From: an uncultured Candidatus Saccharibacteria bacterium
GTDB lineage: Bacteria > Patescibacteriota > Minisyncoccia > Phycocordibacterales > UBA9973
Assembly: GCA_964522195.1 (NCBI GenBank)
Contig: CAZFSV010000002.1
Location: 36,743-100,742, forward strand
Direction: 5' to 3'
Length of the DNA: 64,000 bases
Under the pieces are notes generated by a model. That model was given only the letters and a program-made list of their open reading frames with translations. It was not told the origin of the DNA and made no database searches. A program made the translations under genes and the position numbers. Below, one piece after another: positions 9,173 to 20,897 of this stretch (the stretch's first letter is position 1; each line of letters opens with the position of its first letter).

Positions 9173-9249
9173 CAATTTGCTTTAGTTTTTAAATAGTAGT
9201 ATAATTGCCAAGGCAAATTTTTAGCCTGTTTTTTTATATAAGAAATAAT

Positions 9250-9555
9250 ATGGAAATAGATAGATTAAAACAAGAAAAAGACAAATACGTAACTAAGATT
9301 TTTTACTTAGGTCTTAAGATTGCTTTAATTTTTGCTATTCCTGCAGTAGGAGGAGTTTTGCTTGGAAAAAGATTGGATATACTTTACGACACAGGCAAAG
9401 CTATAACTTATAGTATGCTTGCTTTTGCTTTTATACTTTCTTGGACTATAACCATAACTATGTATAATAATTTAGCCAAAAAGATAAAAAAAGTAGAAAG
9501 GGAGATTAAGTTAGAAAAAGATAAAATTACTGAAGCAGATAAACAAATTAATTAA
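9250..9555 (+). CDS. AtpZ/AtpI-type ATP synthase accessory membrane protein
   Basis: Two TM helices with a GxxLD motif; first gene of the atp operon. Confidence 0.75.
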   Translation: MEIDRLKQEKDKYVTKIFYLGLKIALIFAIPAVGGVLLGKRLDILYDTGKAITYSMLAFAFILSWTITITMYNNLAKKIKKVEREIKLEKDKITEADKQIN

Positions 9556-9566
9556 AATTATAATTT

Positions 9567-10364
9567 ATGAATTTTTTTCAAATTGAAAGAGAAATAAGTG
9601 GAATAAACCCTGATATTGTATTTAAGATTGGAGATTTTCCAATTTCAAATACAACTTTACTTCTTTCTTTTATAGCTTTAGTTTTATTTCTATTTTCATA
9701 TTTTAAAATTAGTAAATTTATTTGGTCTCCTTCAAAAGGTCAGGCTTTAACTGAGATTTTTTATGAAGGTATATATGGTTTAATTTATCAAATTACAAAT
9801 AGTAATAAATTAACAAAACAAATTTTACCTTTGATAGGCGCCCTGATTATTTTTGTTGGCTTATCTAATTTAATTGGGCTTATTGTACCTGGATTAACAA
9901 GTATTACTTATGATGGAATTTCTATTTTTAGAACTCCAACTTCTGATTTTAATACTACCTTCTCTTTAGCTGTTGCTTGTATTTTAATTACTCACGTTGT
10001 TAGTATTAGAGATTGGGGTTTATTGACTCACATAGGTAAATTTCTTCAATTTAAAGAAATTTATTTAGGTTTCAAGAAAAGTTTTGGAGATGGAGCGATG
10101 GCAATTGTCGGTTTTTTGATAGGTGTTTTAGATATTGTTGGAGAATTTGCAAAAATTATCGCTTTGTCTCTGAGATTATTTGGAAATATGTATGCAGGAG
10201 AGGTTTTGATGATGGTTATATTCGGAGGACTTGCATATTTCTTGCCAGCCCTTTGGATGGCTATGAGTTTACTTTCGGCTGTGGTGCAAGCAACTGTATT
10301 TTCTTTGCTTGTGACTGCTTATTATACATTAGCAGTTAAACCAGTCACAGATGATGAAAGTTAA
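9567..10364 (+). CDS. atpB: ATP synthase Fo subunit a
   Basis: RTPTSD and LSLRLFGNMYAGE motifs. Confidence 0.96.
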   Translation: MNFFQIEREISGINPDIVFKIGDFPISNTTLLLSFIALVLFLFSYFKISKFIWSPSKGQALTEIFYEGIYGLIYQITNSNKLTKQILPLIGALIIFVGLSNLIGLIVPGLTSITYDGISIFRTPTSDFNTTFSLAVACILITHVVSIRDWGLLTHIGKFLQFKEIYLGFKKSFGDGAMAIVGFLIGVLDIVGEFAKIIALSLRLFGNMYAGEVLMMVIFGGLAYFLPALWMAMSLLSAVVQATVFSLLVTAYYTLAVKPVTDDES

Positions 10365-10427
10365 TTAAAAGTCGTTTTTATTATTATTTTAATTTTGCTT
10401 GTTTAGTAAAACAAGAGTAAAAATATT

Positions 10428-10646
10428 ATGGAAGTAGAATCAGCACGTTTATTTGCTAAAGCTATCGTTATGACTATAGCTATGGCAGGATCTGCTTTAG
10501 CAGAAGGTTATCTTATTGGTAAGGCTTTAGAAGCTATGGGTCGCAATCCAGAAATGGAAGGTTCAATATTTACAAAAATGATCATCGGAGTTGCGATGGC
10601 TGAATCAACAGCTATCTATGCTTTCGTTGCATTCTTCTTACTTTAA
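10428..10646 (+). CDS. atpE: ATP synthase Fo subunit c
   Basis: Helical hairpin with RNPE loop and AESTAIY. Confidence 0.96.
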   Translation: MEVESARLFAKAIVMTIAMAGSALAEGYLIGKALEAMGRNPEMEGSIFTKMIIGVAMAESTAIYAFVAFFLL

Positions 10647-10668
10647 TTATTAATTTAAATTTATTTAT

Positions 10669-11169
10669 ATGGAAAATTTACTAAATATATTAGGAAAAGT
10701 TGGTTTTGATTGGCAAGTAGCACTAGCTAATTTGTTTAATTTCTTAATTATATTTTTTATTTTAAAAAAGTTTGCTTTTGGTCCTATAGGTAAATTAATT
10801 AAAGAAAGACAAGACGCAATCACAAAAGGTCTTAATGATGCAGAAAAAAATAAAAAACTTTTAGATAATACTGAAAAAGAGTATGAAAAAGTTCTTTTAA
10901 GTGCTCGTAATGAAGCAAATCAAATCATTGTAGAAGCTAAAAATGATGCACAAGCTAAAAAAGACAAATTGATGGAAGATGCTAAAAAAGAAGTAGCTCT
11001 TATTTTAGAGAATGGAAAAAAGACTTTAGAAATTGAAAAAGTTAAAATGTTATCTGAAGCTCGCAAGGAAATTGTAGATTTAGTAATGCAAGTTTCAGAA
11101 AAAGTTTTAAATGAAAAAGTAGATTCTAATTATTCAAATAAAGTTATTAAAGAATTAAATAATTTATAA
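10669..11169 (+). CDS. atpF: ATP synthase Fo subunit b
   Basis: N-terminal TM (NFLI...LKKFAFGPI), coiled coil and operon position. Confidence 0.94.
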   Translation: MENLLNILGKVGFDWQVALANLFNFLIIFFILKKFAFGPIGKLIKERQDAITKGLNDAEKNKKLLDNTEKEYEKVLLSARNEANQIIVEAKNDAQAKKDKLMEDAKKEVALILENGKKTLEIEKVKMLSEARKEIVDLVMQVSEKVLNEKVDSNYSNKVIKELNNL

Positions 11170-11170
11170 T

Positions 11171-11575
11171 ATGGCAAAGTTTTCGAACAATGAAATAGCC
11201 AATGCAATTTACAAAGGCGCAAAAGGTAAAGAAGGCGAAAATCTTTCTTTGTTTATGCAAAATGTTATAAAATTTTTAGTTCAAAAGAAACTTCTTTTTA
11301 AGTCAGAGCATATAATATCAGAACTTGAAAAAGTTCACGATAAAGAAAGTGGTATTTTGAAGGTTAATTTGTTTACTAAAAATAAAATAGATGAATCTTT
11401 TAAAAATGAATTAATCAATATTTTATCTAAAAAATACAAAGTAGAGAAAATTATTTTAAGAGAAAATATAGATCCAAAAATAGTAGACGGTTTCAGGTTA
11501 GAGATAGGAGATGAAATATTAGACACAAGCATAAAAAATAAATTACAAAAATTACAAGCATATTTAACAAGATAA
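11171..11575 (+). CDS. atpH: ATP synthase F1 delta subunit (short form)
   Basis: [27 protein letters not shown]-terminal motif and operon position. Confidence 0.88.
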   Translation: MAKFSNNEIANAIYKGAKGKEGENLSLFMQNVIKFLVQKKLLFKSEHIISELEKVHDKESGILKVNLFTKNKIDESFKNELINILSKKYKVEKIILRENIDPKIVDGFRLEIGDEILDTSIKNKLQKLQAYLTR

Positions 11576-11579
11576 TATT

Positions 11580-13088
11580 ATGAACAACAACACAATAGTA
11601 GAAAATTTAAAAAAAGAAATAGAAAATTTTTCTTTAAAAATTAAAGGAGAAAAAGTTGGTCGCGTGATAGAAGTATTTGATGGTATTGTAAAAGCTACGG
11701 GACTTTCAGATGTAAAATCAAGTGAAATGGTTTCTTTTCCTCGTGGTGAAGTTGGTGTTGTTTTAAATCTTGAAGATGATAGTGCCGGTATTATTGTGCT
11801 TGGTGATTTTTCTCAAATTAAAGAAAATGATATTGTAACTCCTACAGGGAAAATCTTGGAAGTTCCTGTAAGTGATACTCAAATTGGACGTGTTTTAAAT
11901 GCTTTAGGAAATCCAATTGACGGAAAAGGTGAAATTAAAACTGAAAAAACTTATGCAGTGGAACGCGTGGCTCCTGGAGTTGTAACTCGTCAATCAGTAG
12001 ACCAACCTCTCCAAACAGGTATTAAAGCTATTGATGCTTTGATTCCAGTTGGCCGTGGTCAAAGAGAGCTTATTATTGGAGATAGACAAACAGGTAAAAC
12101 AGCTATTGCCATAGACACAATTTTAAACCAAAAAGATCAAAACATAATTTGTATTTATGTTTCTATTGCTCAAAAAGATTCTAAGTTGCGTAAAATAGTA
12201 ACTAGACTCGAAGAAGGAGGAGCTATGGATTATACTATTATTGTTTCAGCTGGAGTATCTGAATCTGCTTCTTTGTCATATATTGCTCCTTATACTGGAG
12301 TTGCTATTGCAGAATATTTTATGGATCAAGGTAAAGATGTTTTGATTGTTTATGACGATTTATCAAAACATGCAGTAGCTTATCGTGAAATTTCTCTTCT
12401 TCTTCGTCGTCCACCAGGTCGTGAAGCTTATCCTGGAGATGTTTTCTATTTGCACTCAAGATTGCTTGAAAGAGCTTGTAGAAGAAACAAAGAATATGGA
12501 GGTGGAAGTATCACAGCATTACCTATAATTGAAACTCAAGCAGGGGACTTGTCTGCGTACATTCCTACAAATGTTATCTCTATTACCGACGGTCAAATAT
12601 TCCTAGAAACGGATTTATTCTATAAAGGAGTTCGCCCTGCGGTGAATGTAGGATTCTCTGTTTCTCGTGTAGGAGGAAACGCTCAAATTAAAGCAATGAA
12701 AAAAGTTGCAGGAACTTTGAAACTTGATCTTGCTCAATTTCGTGAACTTGAAGCTTTTGCTCAATTCGGTTCTGATTTAGATGATGCTACAAAAAGACAA
12801 TTAGAAAGAGGAAAGAGGGCAGTTGAATTATTAAAACAAGCTCAATATTCACCTGTTTTAACAGAAAATCAAATAATAGCTTTATATGCTTTAGTAAAAG
12901 GGTATATGGATGAAATTCCTCTTGCTAGTATTCATACATTTGAAGCTGGGCTTGTTGAGTACGTAGAAAATAATGCAAAGAATTTCTTGAAAGAAGTTCG
13001 TGAAAAGAAAATGTGGGAAGAAAAAGGAGAATTAGAATTAAAGAAAGCAATTGAAGATTATAAAACAACTTTTTTAGCTAATAATTAA
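11580..13088 (+). CDS. atpA: ATP synthase F1 alpha subunit
   Basis: GDRQTGKT and [13 protein letters not shown] motifs. Confidence 0.98.
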   Translation: MNNNTIVENLKKEIENFSLKIKGEKVGRVIEVFDGIVKATGLSDVKSSEMVSFPRGEVGVVLNLEDDSAGIIVLGDFSQIKENDIVTPTGKILEVPVSDTQIGRVLNALGNPIDGKGEIKTEKTYAVERVAPGVVTRQSVDQPLQTGIKAIDALIPVGRGQRELIIGDRQTGKTAIAIDTILNQKDQNIICIYVSIAQKDSKLRKIVTRLEEGGAMDYTIIVSAGVSESASLSYIAPYTGVAIAEYFMDQGKDVLIVYDDLSKHAVAYREISLLLRRPPGREAYPGDVFYLHSRLLERACRRNKEYGGGSITALPIIETQAGDLSAYIPTNVISITDGQIFLETDLFYKGVRPAVNVGFSVSRVGGNAQIKAMKKVAGTLKLDLAQFRELEAFAQFGSDLDDATKRQLERGKRAVELLKQAQYSPVLTENQIIALYALVKGYMDEIPLASIHTFEAGLVEYVENNAKNFLKEVREKKMWEEKGELELKKAIEDYKTTFLANN

Positions 13089-13111
13089 AACCTAAAATAT
13101 AATTTAATTTT

Positions 13112-14029
13112 ATGGCAGGAACAAAAGAAATTAAAAGAAGAATAAAGAGTGTTAAGAACACAAAGAAGATCACCAAAGCTATGGAACTTGTAGCTGCTTC
13201 TAAGATGAAAAAAGCAGTTGTGAAAACTTTAGCTTCTCGTTTGTATGCAAATTATTCCTGGGATTTACTTGCTTCTGTTTCAGAGTCAATTAAAGATTTA
13301 AAAAATATTTTCTTTACTGAAAATAAAAAAGCAGAAAAGACTTTATATATTTTATTTACTTCAAATAGAGGACTTTGTGGAGGATATAATACTCAAGTTT
13401 TTAAAAGAGCTTTTGCGGCTTTCAAAAAAATAGACAATAAAGAAAATCTTGATATTTTAGTTGTTGGTAAAAAAGGAGATGCTATGCTCCGTAGAGCAAA
13501 ATTAAATGTAGTAGCATCTTTCTTAGAATTACCTGATGTTATAGAACTTCGAGACATTGCACCAGTTTCAGAATTAATTTTATCTGAATATAAAAAAGGT
13601 ATTTATAAAGATGTCTATATTATTTATACAGATTATATTTCTGCTTTATCTCAAAAACCAAAAAGAAAAATGATTTTACCTGTATCTCGTTATGAATTAA
13701 AAGAATCAATAGAGTCTATTGGTGATTTAAAATCAAAAGAAGAATTAGCTAAATTCAAAAACAAAAACAACACACAATATATTTTTGAAGGTAATATGGA
13801 AAGTTTAGTTGAAAGTTTGTCTGAGAAATTAATTAGAATGCAGATTTATCAAACTTTGTTAGAATCTAATACTTCAGAACAGTCATCTCGTATGATAGCC
13901 ATGAAGAATGCAGGAGATGCCGCTTCTGAAATGATAGATGATTTAACTTTAGTTTTTAACAAAGCAAGACAAGCAAATATTACAAAAGAAATTAGTGAAA
14001 TTAGTGCTGGTATGGCCTCAGTAAATTAA
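13112..14029 (+). CDS. atpG: ATP synthase F1 gamma subunit
   Basis: KITKAMELVAASK, RGLCGGYN and RQANITKEISEI motifs. Confidence 0.97.
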   Translation: MAGTKEIKRRIKSVKNTKKITKAMELVAASKMKKAVVKTLASRLYANYSWDLLASVSESIKDLKNIFFTENKKAEKTLYILFTSNRGLCGGYNTQVFKRAFAAFKKIDNKENLDILVVGKKGDAMLRRAKLNVVASFLELPDVIELRDIAPVSELILSEYKKGIYKDVYIIYTDYISALSQKPKRKMILPVSRYELKESIESIGDLKSKEELAKFKNKNNTQYIFEGNMESLVESLSEKLIRMQIYQTLLESNTSEQSSRMIAMKNAGDAASEMIDDLTLVFNKARQANITKEISEISAGMASVN

Positions 14030-14056
14030 AGATTATAAAAAATAAATTATTATTAA

Positions 14057-15445
<1,389 letters not shown>

Positions 15446-15453
15446 AAAATAAA

Positions 15454-15900
15454 ATGTCAAAAAAAATAAATTTAAAAATCATAACTCCTGAAAAATTAAT
15501 TCTAGAAGAAATTGTGGATGAAGTTTTAATTCCTACTTCAGAAGGAGAAATAGGAATATTACCTAATCACATTCCTTTAATAGCTCGTTTGTCTTCAGGG
15601 GATGTTGTTGGAATGTTAGGGGATGAAAATTTACCTGTGGCTGTGGTCGGAGGTTTTGCTGAAATTAAAAAAGATGAAACCGGAACTACTAATGTTATTA
15701 TCTTGGCTGATTTTGCAGAAAATGTAGCAAACTTAACTGATGAAGTTATTGCTCGCGCAAAAGCTCGTGCTGAAGAATTAAAACTTGAAATGGAAAAGAA
15801 AGACAATGTTGACTTCGAACACTTTGCAACAGAACTTGAAAGATCAATCACTCAAATCAAAATTGCTGATAAGTGGCGCACTCGTAAATATAGAAAATAA
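15454..15900 (+). CDS. atpC: ATP synthase F1 epsilon subunit
   Basis: IITPE, GEIGILPNH and VGGFAE motifs. Confidence 0.95.
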   Translation: MSKKINLKIITPEKLILEEIVDEVLIPTSEGEIGILPNHIPLIARLSSGDVVGMLGDENLPVAVVGGFAEIKKDETGTTNVIILADFAENVANLTDEVIARAKARAEELKLEMEKKDNVDFEHFATELERSITQIKIADKWRTRKYRK

Positions 15901-15901
15901 A

Positions 15902-16579
15902 ATGGGTAAATTTTACATTGTTGCAACTCCAATAGGAAATCTAAGTGATATTACTCTTAGGGCTTTAGAAGTTTTAAAAAGTGTAGATTTAATTCTTTGT
16001 GAAGATACTCGGGTTACTAAAAAGCTTTTAGATAAATATGAAATTAAAAATCAGACTATGAGTTATCACGCTCAGAGTAAGATTTCCAAATTAGATAAAA
16101 TTTTAGAATTACTCAAAGAAGGTAAGAACATCGCCTTGGTATCTGATGCGGGTACACCAGCTATTTCAGACCCTGGAATTATGCTTATAAAAGCTATTAA
16201 AGAGAGATTTCCAAGCGAAATAGTAATTATACCGATTCCAGGTCCTACAGCTCTAATAACAGCTTTAATCGCTTCAGGACTTGATACTAATGAATTTACT
16301 TTCTTAGGATTTTTGCCTCATAAAAAGGGTAGAGAGACCTTATTTAAAGAGATGAGTGAATCTAAAAGAACCATGATTTTTTATGAATCTCCACATAGAA
16401 TAATGAAGACCTTAGAAGCTTTAGTAAAATTCTGTCCAGATAAAAAAGTTTGTGTAGCGAGAGAGTTAACTAAAATCTACGAACAATTTGTCACTAATAC
16501 TCCTGAAAAAGTTTTGAAATATTTTGAAGAAAACCCTGATAAAGTTAGAGGCGAATTTGTAGTCTTGGTGGGGAAATAA
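15902..16579 (+). CDS. rsmI: 16S rRNA (C1402-2'-O)-methyltransferase
   Basis: YIVATPIGNL, CEDTR, SDAGTPAISDPG and FYESPHR motifs; ATG at 15902. Confidence 0.95.
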   Translation: MGKFYIVATPIGNLSDITLRALEVLKSVDLILCEDTRVTKKLLDKYEIKNQTMSYHAQSKISKLDKILELLKEGKNIALVSDAGTPAISDPGIMLIKAIKERFPSEIVIIPIPGPTALITALIASGLDTNEFTFLGFLPHKKGRETLFKEMSESKRTMIFYESPHRIMKTLEALVKFCPDKKVCVARELTKIYEQFVTNTPEKVLKYFEENPDKVRGEFVVLVGK

Positions 16580-16580
16580 A

Positions 16581-18539
16581 TTACAACAAATTTTCAGGGT
16601 CTATTTGAATATCAAAGTTTTTTTCTAAATAATTTAATTTTTTATACAATTCTTCGTCTATGTGACTATTTGAAATTAAGTTCGGTGTGGACCAATTTTC
16701 CCTATTTAATTTAATTAAAATATTTACAGTTGTTTTATTCTTTGTTTGTCCATTTGAACTTTTAAAAATTATTGGATTATATTCATTAAAATTCTCTTCA
16801 ATAAATTTTTTGACTTTTAAATTTTCTTCACTGTTTCCAAAATAAGTAAGTTTAATAAATCTTACATAAGGTGGATATTTTAAAATTTTCCTATCTTGCA
16901 ACTCCTCGTTAATATAATTTAATAAATTTTTATTTTTAATACTTAAAATCGCTTCATTTTCAGGATTTCTTGTTTCTATAATTAAATTTTCACGAGTTAT
17001 ATCTATTGTGTTAAATAAAATATTAATCACTTTTTCATTAATTTTGAAATTTGGAATCGTGAATAAAGAATCAAAAGAAGCGATCATAGATAAATCAACT
17101 TTTTCTCTTAGATAAAAGAAAGCCATTTCGGTCCCAAGTAATATAGAATTTTCTGTTTTATAAAATTCATTTATGACTTTTATAGCTTCTTTGTTGTTTT
17201 TAATATTAGTTTTATCTAGTTGGAATATTTTTACGTTTTTTATATTTTTTTCTAATTCCTCCTTGATTTTATCTATACCAATACCTAAAGGTACTAAATT
17301 CCAACCATCACAATGAATACATTTATTCATTGTATTTTCTTCTTTTTTACATTTATTACACAAAAAAATTCTTTGTTCTTTACTTTTAGTTTGATATAAA
17401 ACAAGAGGAGATTTGCAATCTTTGCATAAAACTTCATTTTGACAATCTTTACAGACTGTAAAAGTTGCAAGTCCTTTACGCAAAGCAAATACAAAAATTT
17501 TACCTTTATTTGTAAGGGTTTTTTTAATTTCTAAAATACTTTTTTCGTCTAAAATTTCAAATTTTTTTTCTTCTCGATCTGTATTTTTAATAATTTTATT
17601 TTTATCTAAAATAGTAATTTCTCCAAAATAAGGTAAACGATAAGACATTTTTTCTAATTCGTTTAAATTATCTATTTTTATTCTTTCTATTGTTTCAAAA
17701 CGAAGCAATTTATCAGCTAAAATTAATTTTGCGTTGATTTTTGAAGCAAAAATTTCAATAAATATCCTTAAATCAAAAAATGGTTTTTGAAAAGTTTTGT
17801 AACTATTACTATTTTCTTCTTCTATGATAATAGTTTTTAAATTTAAAATAGGTATTGATAAAAATTGTGGGGTACCTATGATTACCACAGGGTGGGGGTT
17901 TTGAAGAATTTCTTTGATTTTTTCTAAGAGTTTATTTTTGTTTAAATTATTTGATAAGGTATAAACAAATTTTTCTATTCCTTTGTTTAAATTCTCTTCA
18001 AATTCACTCAAAGAGTGATCTGTGGGTAATACAATAAAAATTGATTCTTTGTTAGCAAAAGCACCTCTAATATATCTTTTGTAATAATCTATTCTTTCTT
18101 CTTTAGAATTTTGAAATAATAATTTTTCTGATTTTATTTCAGAATTTCTTACTGTATTTCTTGAAATATCATAATCTTTAGCTAATAAATCATAATTTTC
18201 TTTAATTATGCTTGGAATCAAAAAAGACAACATATAGTTCTTGTTTACAATAAAATATTTACTAGTTAAAAAAACAGCTTCTAAAAATTCTTTTCTAAAA
18301 ATAGAAATTTCTTTCTTTTCAGCTATTTTTTTGATATTGAAATTCATATTTTTAATTTTAGATTTTAAGTCTAGTAAATTTTCTATACTAACAACTAAAC
18401 CTAAACTTTTTTTAGTTTTGATAGTTATGCTTACAATATCACCAACTTCAATATTTTCCTTAGTAAAATAAGTTAGTTCTTCGGCAAAAGCTTGCTTTTT
18501 TAAAGGTAATATTTGTAATACTTTCATTCCTGAATTCAT
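16581..18539 (-). CDS. priA: Degenerate primosomal protein N' (PriA-like)
   Basis: N-terminal DNA-binding region, RKG followed by four CxxC pairs, G-I-D-K motif and YPPY; no Walker A or DExH. Confidence 0.8.
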   Translation of the reverse strand: MNSGMKVLQILPLKKQAFAEELTYFTKENIEVGDIVSITIKTKKSLGLVVSIENLLDLKSKIKNMNFNIKKIAEKKEISIFRKEFLEAVFLTSKYFIVNKNYMLSFLIPSIIKENYDLLAKDYDISRNTVRNSEIKSEKLLFQNSKEERIDYYKRYIRGAFANKESIFIVLPTDHSLSEFEENLNKGIEKFVYTLSNNLNKNKLLEKIKEILQNPHPVVIIGTPQFLSIPILNLKTIIIEEENSNSYKTFQKPFFDLRIFIEIFASKINAKLILADKLLRFETIERIKIDNLNELEKMSYRLPYFGEITILDKNKIIKNTDREEKKFEILDEKSILEIKKTLTNKGKIFVFALRKGLATFTVCKDCQNEVLCKDCKSPLVLYQTKSKEQRIFLCNKCKKEENTMNKCIHCDGWNLVPLGIGIDKIKEELEKNIKNVKIFQLDKTNIKNNKEAIKVINEFYKTENSILLGTEMAFFYLREKVDLSMIASFDSLFTIPNFKINEKVINILFNTIDITRENLIIETRNPENEAILSIKNKNLLNYINEELQDRKILKYPPYVRFIKLTYFGNSEENLKVKKFIEENFNEYNPIIFKSSNGQTKNKTTVNILIKLNRENWSTPNLISNSHIDEELYKKLNYLEKNFDIQIDPENLL

Positions 18540-18546
18540 ATTTTTT

Positions 18547-18570
18547 ATTCTACCATATATATGATATATT
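18547..18570. promoter_or_regulatory. Back-to-back extended -10 boxes for divergent priA and mreB (leaderless type)
   Basis: TGgTAGAAT 7 nt before the priA ATG (minus strand); TGaTATATT 6 nt before the mreB ATG. Confidence 0.6.
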
Positions 18571-18576
18571 AGGTTT

Positions 18577-19590
18577 ATGAGTTTATTTTCGAAAAAATTA
18601 GGTATAGATTTAGGTACTGCAAATACTCTTGTTTTTGTGCCTGGAAAAGGGATAGTTTTAAATGAACCTTCTGTCGTATCTGTGTCTTTAGAAGATAATA
18701 AAATTTTAGCTATTGGTAAAGAAGCTAAAGAAATGATAGGTAAAACCCCTGAAGCTATTATTACTTATTGTCCAATGAAAGATGGGGTTATTGCTGATTA
18801 TCGTATTACTGAAGCTATGCTTAGATATTTTATAAATAAAGCAATGGGTAAATTTAATTTATGGAAACCTGATGTTATGGTTTCTGTTCCGGCTGGAGTA
18901 ACTTCAACAGAACGTCGTGCTGTAGTAGAGGCAACACTCAAAGCTGGGGCTCGCAATGCTTATGTTGTTAAAGAACCAATCTTAGCTGCTATAGGTGCAG
19001 GTATTCCTATTTATGAATCTCGGGGTCATATGGTTGTTGATATTGGAGGAGGAACTACTGATGTGGCTGTTATTTCTTTAGGTGGAATTGTAGCTTGTAC
19101 TTCTGTTAAATGTGCTGGCAATAAAATTGATCTTGCTATAGCAGATTATATTAAGAAAACTTTTAATTTAGCTATTGGAGATAAAACTGCTGAAGAAGTA
19201 AAAATAAAAATAGGTGGAGCGATTTCACTTGAAGAAGAATTAAAAGTCACCATAAAAGGACGTGATTATATTCAAGGACTTCCAAGGAGCGCTCAAGTTG
19301 GAACTAATGAAATAGTTAAAGCTATTGATAATGAACTTAAACAAATTGTAAAAGCTATCAAAGACGTTCTGCAAGAAATTCCCCCAGAACTCGCTTCTGA
19401 TATTATTGATAATGGAATTATTATGACTGGTGGAACTTCACTTTTACGCAATTTGTCTGATTTGATTTATAGAAAAACTGGAGTTAAAGCAACGGTGGCT
19501 GAGGATGCCTTGTATTGCGTAGTTAAAGGTACGGGTATTGCGCTTGAGCATTTAGATGTTTATAAAAAAGCTATTTTAAGTAAAAGATAA
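18577..19590 (+). CDS. mreB: Rod shape-determining protein MreB
   Basis: GIDLGTANT, VDIGGGTTD and EPILAAIG motifs. Confidence 0.97.
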   Translation: MSLFSKKLGIDLGTANTLVFVPGKGIVLNEPSVVSVSLEDNKILAIGKEAKEMIGKTPEAIITYCPMKDGVIADYRITEAMLRYFINKAMGKFNLWKPDVMVSVPAGVTSTERRAVVEATLKAGARNAYVVKEPILAAIGAGIPIYESRGHMVVDIGGGTTDVAVISLGGIVACTSVKCAGNKIDLAIADYIKKTFNLAIGDKTAEEVKIKIGGAISLEEELKVTIKGRDYIQGLPRSAQVGTNEIVKAIDNELKQIVKAIKDVLQEIPPELASDIIDNGIIMTGGTSLLRNLSDLIYRKTGVKATVAEDALYCVVKGTGIALEHLDVYKKAILSKR

Positions 19591-19591
19591 A

Positions 19592-20266
19592 ATGTTAAAT
19601 CATATTAATAAAACTAATTTACACCACGCGTATCTAATAGAAGGTGGAGAAGATATTTTAAATTCTCTTTTGGGTTTTATCAAAAAAGAACTTGATATAG
19701 AAACTGTATCGAATCCAGATTTTTATTTTAAAAAATATGATACTTTTAAAATTGACGATGCTAGGTTTTTAATTAGTATTAAAGATGAAAAATCTATAAA
19801 AGGAGATAAGAAAATTGTTATAATACAAACTAATTCTGTTTTAAGAGAAGCTCAAAATGCTATGCTTAAAATGTTTGAAGAACCTATTTTAGACACTATC
19901 TTTTTTTTAATAGTAAAAGACAAAAATATTTTACTGCCTACATTTTTCTCTCGTTTTTATTTTGTTTCAAATGCAGATAAAAACATTTCTTTTGAAAAAG
20001 AAGCAAATGATTTTATAAAAATGAATTTAAAAGACAGATTAGAATTTATTAAAATTTTAACAGTTAAAGTAGATGAAGATGAAGAAGGTTTTGAGGCTCC
20101 TCGCCATAAAGCTTTAGAATTTTTAAATGCTTTAGAGTTTATTTTATCTCAAAAAGAAAATCAAGATAAAGAAATTTTCAATAAAATCTTTGAAATCAGA
20201 AGTTTCTTACGAGATCCTTCAAGTCAAGCAAAAATGCTACTTGAAGCAATAGCTATAAGTTTATAG
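19592..20266 (+). CDS. holB: Truncated DNA polymerase III delta'-like protein
   Basis: HHAYLIEG, NPDF, EAQNAMLKMFEEP and LLPTFFSR motifs. Confidence 0.75.
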   Translation: MLNHINKTNLHHAYLIEGGEDILNSLLGFIKKELDIETVSNPDFYFKKYDTFKIDDARFLISIKDEKSIKGDKKIVIIQTNSVLREAQNAMLKMFEEPILDTIFFLIVKDKNILLPTFFSRFYFVSNADKNISFEKEANDFIKMNLKDRLEFIKILTVKVDEDEEGFEAPRHKALEFLNALEFILSQKENQDKEIFNKIFEIRSFLRDPSSQAKMLLEAIAISL

Positions 20267-20267
20267 A

Positions 20268-20786
20268 TTAATTTCCAAAATTTTCAAAAATTGATTTTTG
20301 AGTTTCAAGGTCTATTTTGTTTGTAGTTAGGATTATCATCTCTGTGGTTAATCCTAAATCTTTTTTAATATTTTCAAATAAATATTCGTATGGTAGGGGA
20401 GAAATCCAGACGGAATTCTTAAGACATACAAATCCTGCTTTTTTTAATAAATAGCGTAATGATTCACGTTCGTTTTTTCTGGTTTCAGGAAGATCGAGAA
20501 TTATCATTCTCCAATATCCATCCCAAGTTGTATTAACTAGAGTATTTTCATTATCTAATTTAAGACTATAAAGTTTCTTTTTTCCTTCTTTAGTAAGGCT
20601 TATGTAGTCTTGATTACCTGAGTCGTGAATTCGAGCAAAACCACTGTTTACGAGGTTTTTGAGGCTTCTGGAGAGGGCATATTTCTCTTTCTTGTCTTCT
20701 TTGTCTTTCAAAGACTTTATAGAGGTAGCCCTTTTTTCAGCTAATTTTTTAAGGATTTTTTTGGAAATATCTTGATTGCTTGACAT
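20268..20786 (-). CDS. PaaX-family transcriptional regulator (wHTH plus Cas2-like domain)
   Basis: LTKEG...WDGYWRMIILDLPE...R.LLKKAGF..L.NSVWISP. Confidence 0.8.
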   Translation of the reverse strand: MSSNQDISKKILKKLAEKRATSIKSLKDKEDKKEKYALSRSLKNLVNSGFARIHDSGNQDYISLTKEGKKKLYSLKLDNENTLVNTTWDGYWRMIILDLPETRKNERESLRYLLKKAGFVCLKNSVWISPLPYEYLFENIKKDLGLTTEMIILTTNKIDLETQKSIFENFGN

Positions 20787-20823
20787 AGATATATCATATC
20801 ATATATACTAGATTATACAAGTA

Positions 20824-20839
20824 TTTCGCGGTCGCGAAA
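20824..20839. promoter_or_regulatory. GC-rich palindrome between the PaaX-like gene and dnaK (candidate operator)
   Basis: tttcgcg-gt-cgcgaaa inside a very AT-rich spacer. Confidence 0.45.
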
Positions 20840-20897
20840 AACAAGTAAAATTATATAAATTTATTAAAAATATTATAAATTAACAAAGTAAAACAAT

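Noticed and set aside
15785-15901. N-terminal extensions of rsmI (also the ABC gene from 5869 and pepN to 38335) overlapping neighbours
   Set aside because: Family homology begins at downstream ATGs (15902, 5968, 38203); the extensions come from alternative-start ORF calling.
20268-20786. Cas2-like domain suggesting CRISPR-Cas
   Set aside because: It is fused to a wHTH in PaaX-type architecture, and no cas1 or repeat-spacer array is visible in the window.
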